From Octopus sinensis (Eukaryota), in NCBI RefSeq assembly GCF_006345805.1, contig NC_043009.1, positions 64,604,001 through 64,668,000 on the forward strand: 64,000 nucleotides of DNA. The letters run 5' to 3'. The translations under genes and the position numbers were made by a program. The notes beneath the pieces were generated by a model. It searched no databases and had not been told where the DNA came from. It saw only the letters and a program-made list of their open reading frames with translations. This document shows positions 63,635 to 64,000 of this stretch, one piece after another (position 1 is the first letter of the stretch; every line of letters begins with the position of its first letter).

Positions 63635-64000
63635 TTATTCTTTTACTCATTTACTTGTTTCAGTCATTTGACTGGGGCCATGCTGGAGCACCGTCTTTAG
63701 TCGAGCAAATCGACCCCGGGACTTATTCTTTGTAAGCCTAGTACTTATTCTATCGGTCGCTTTTGCCGAACCGCTAAGTTACGGGGACGTAAACACACCA
63801 GCATCGGTTGTCAAGCGATGTTGGGGGGGACAAACACAGACACAAATATATATACACATATATATACATATATACGACGGGCTTCTTTCAGTTTCCGTCT
63901 ACCAAATCCACTCAAAAGGCTTTGGTCGGCCCGAGGCTATAGTAGAAGACACTTGCCCAAGGTGCCACGCAGTGGGACTGAACCCGGAACCATGTGGTTG
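63635..64000 (-). mobile_element. SINE family B, young copy cut by the window edge
   Basis: Close reverse complement of 22565-22925. Confidence 0.92.

Overview
This is AT-rich, repeat-saturated eukaryotic DNA (intergenic or intronic), not prokaryotic. From recall of the SINE families and the microsatellite load, it is most likely a cephalopod (Octopus) genome; that assignment is an inference. No intact protein-coding gene can be supported, and nearly all listed ORFs are translations of microsatellites. Real content: several tRNA-derived SINE families (about 30 copies or fragments), decayed LINE pieces (RTE, R4/Dong-like, HERO-like, APE-bearing CR1/L2-like, L1/Tx1-like tails), decayed DNA transposons (mariner D34D, maT-like D37D, hAT), non-autonomous Helitrons, MITE-like inverted repeats and minisatellites. 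The main unexplained signal is about a dozen sequence-unrelated minimal type I hammerhead ribozyme motifs, three with an intact core. Most lie in short elements embedded in (TA)n tracts, and several are associated with inverted or direct terminal duplications, as expected for Penelope-like or retrozyme-like elements. One element combines a Pol III tRNA-like head, an inverted head duplicate and a hammerhead. All structures were folded by eye, and SINE family letters are my own labels.
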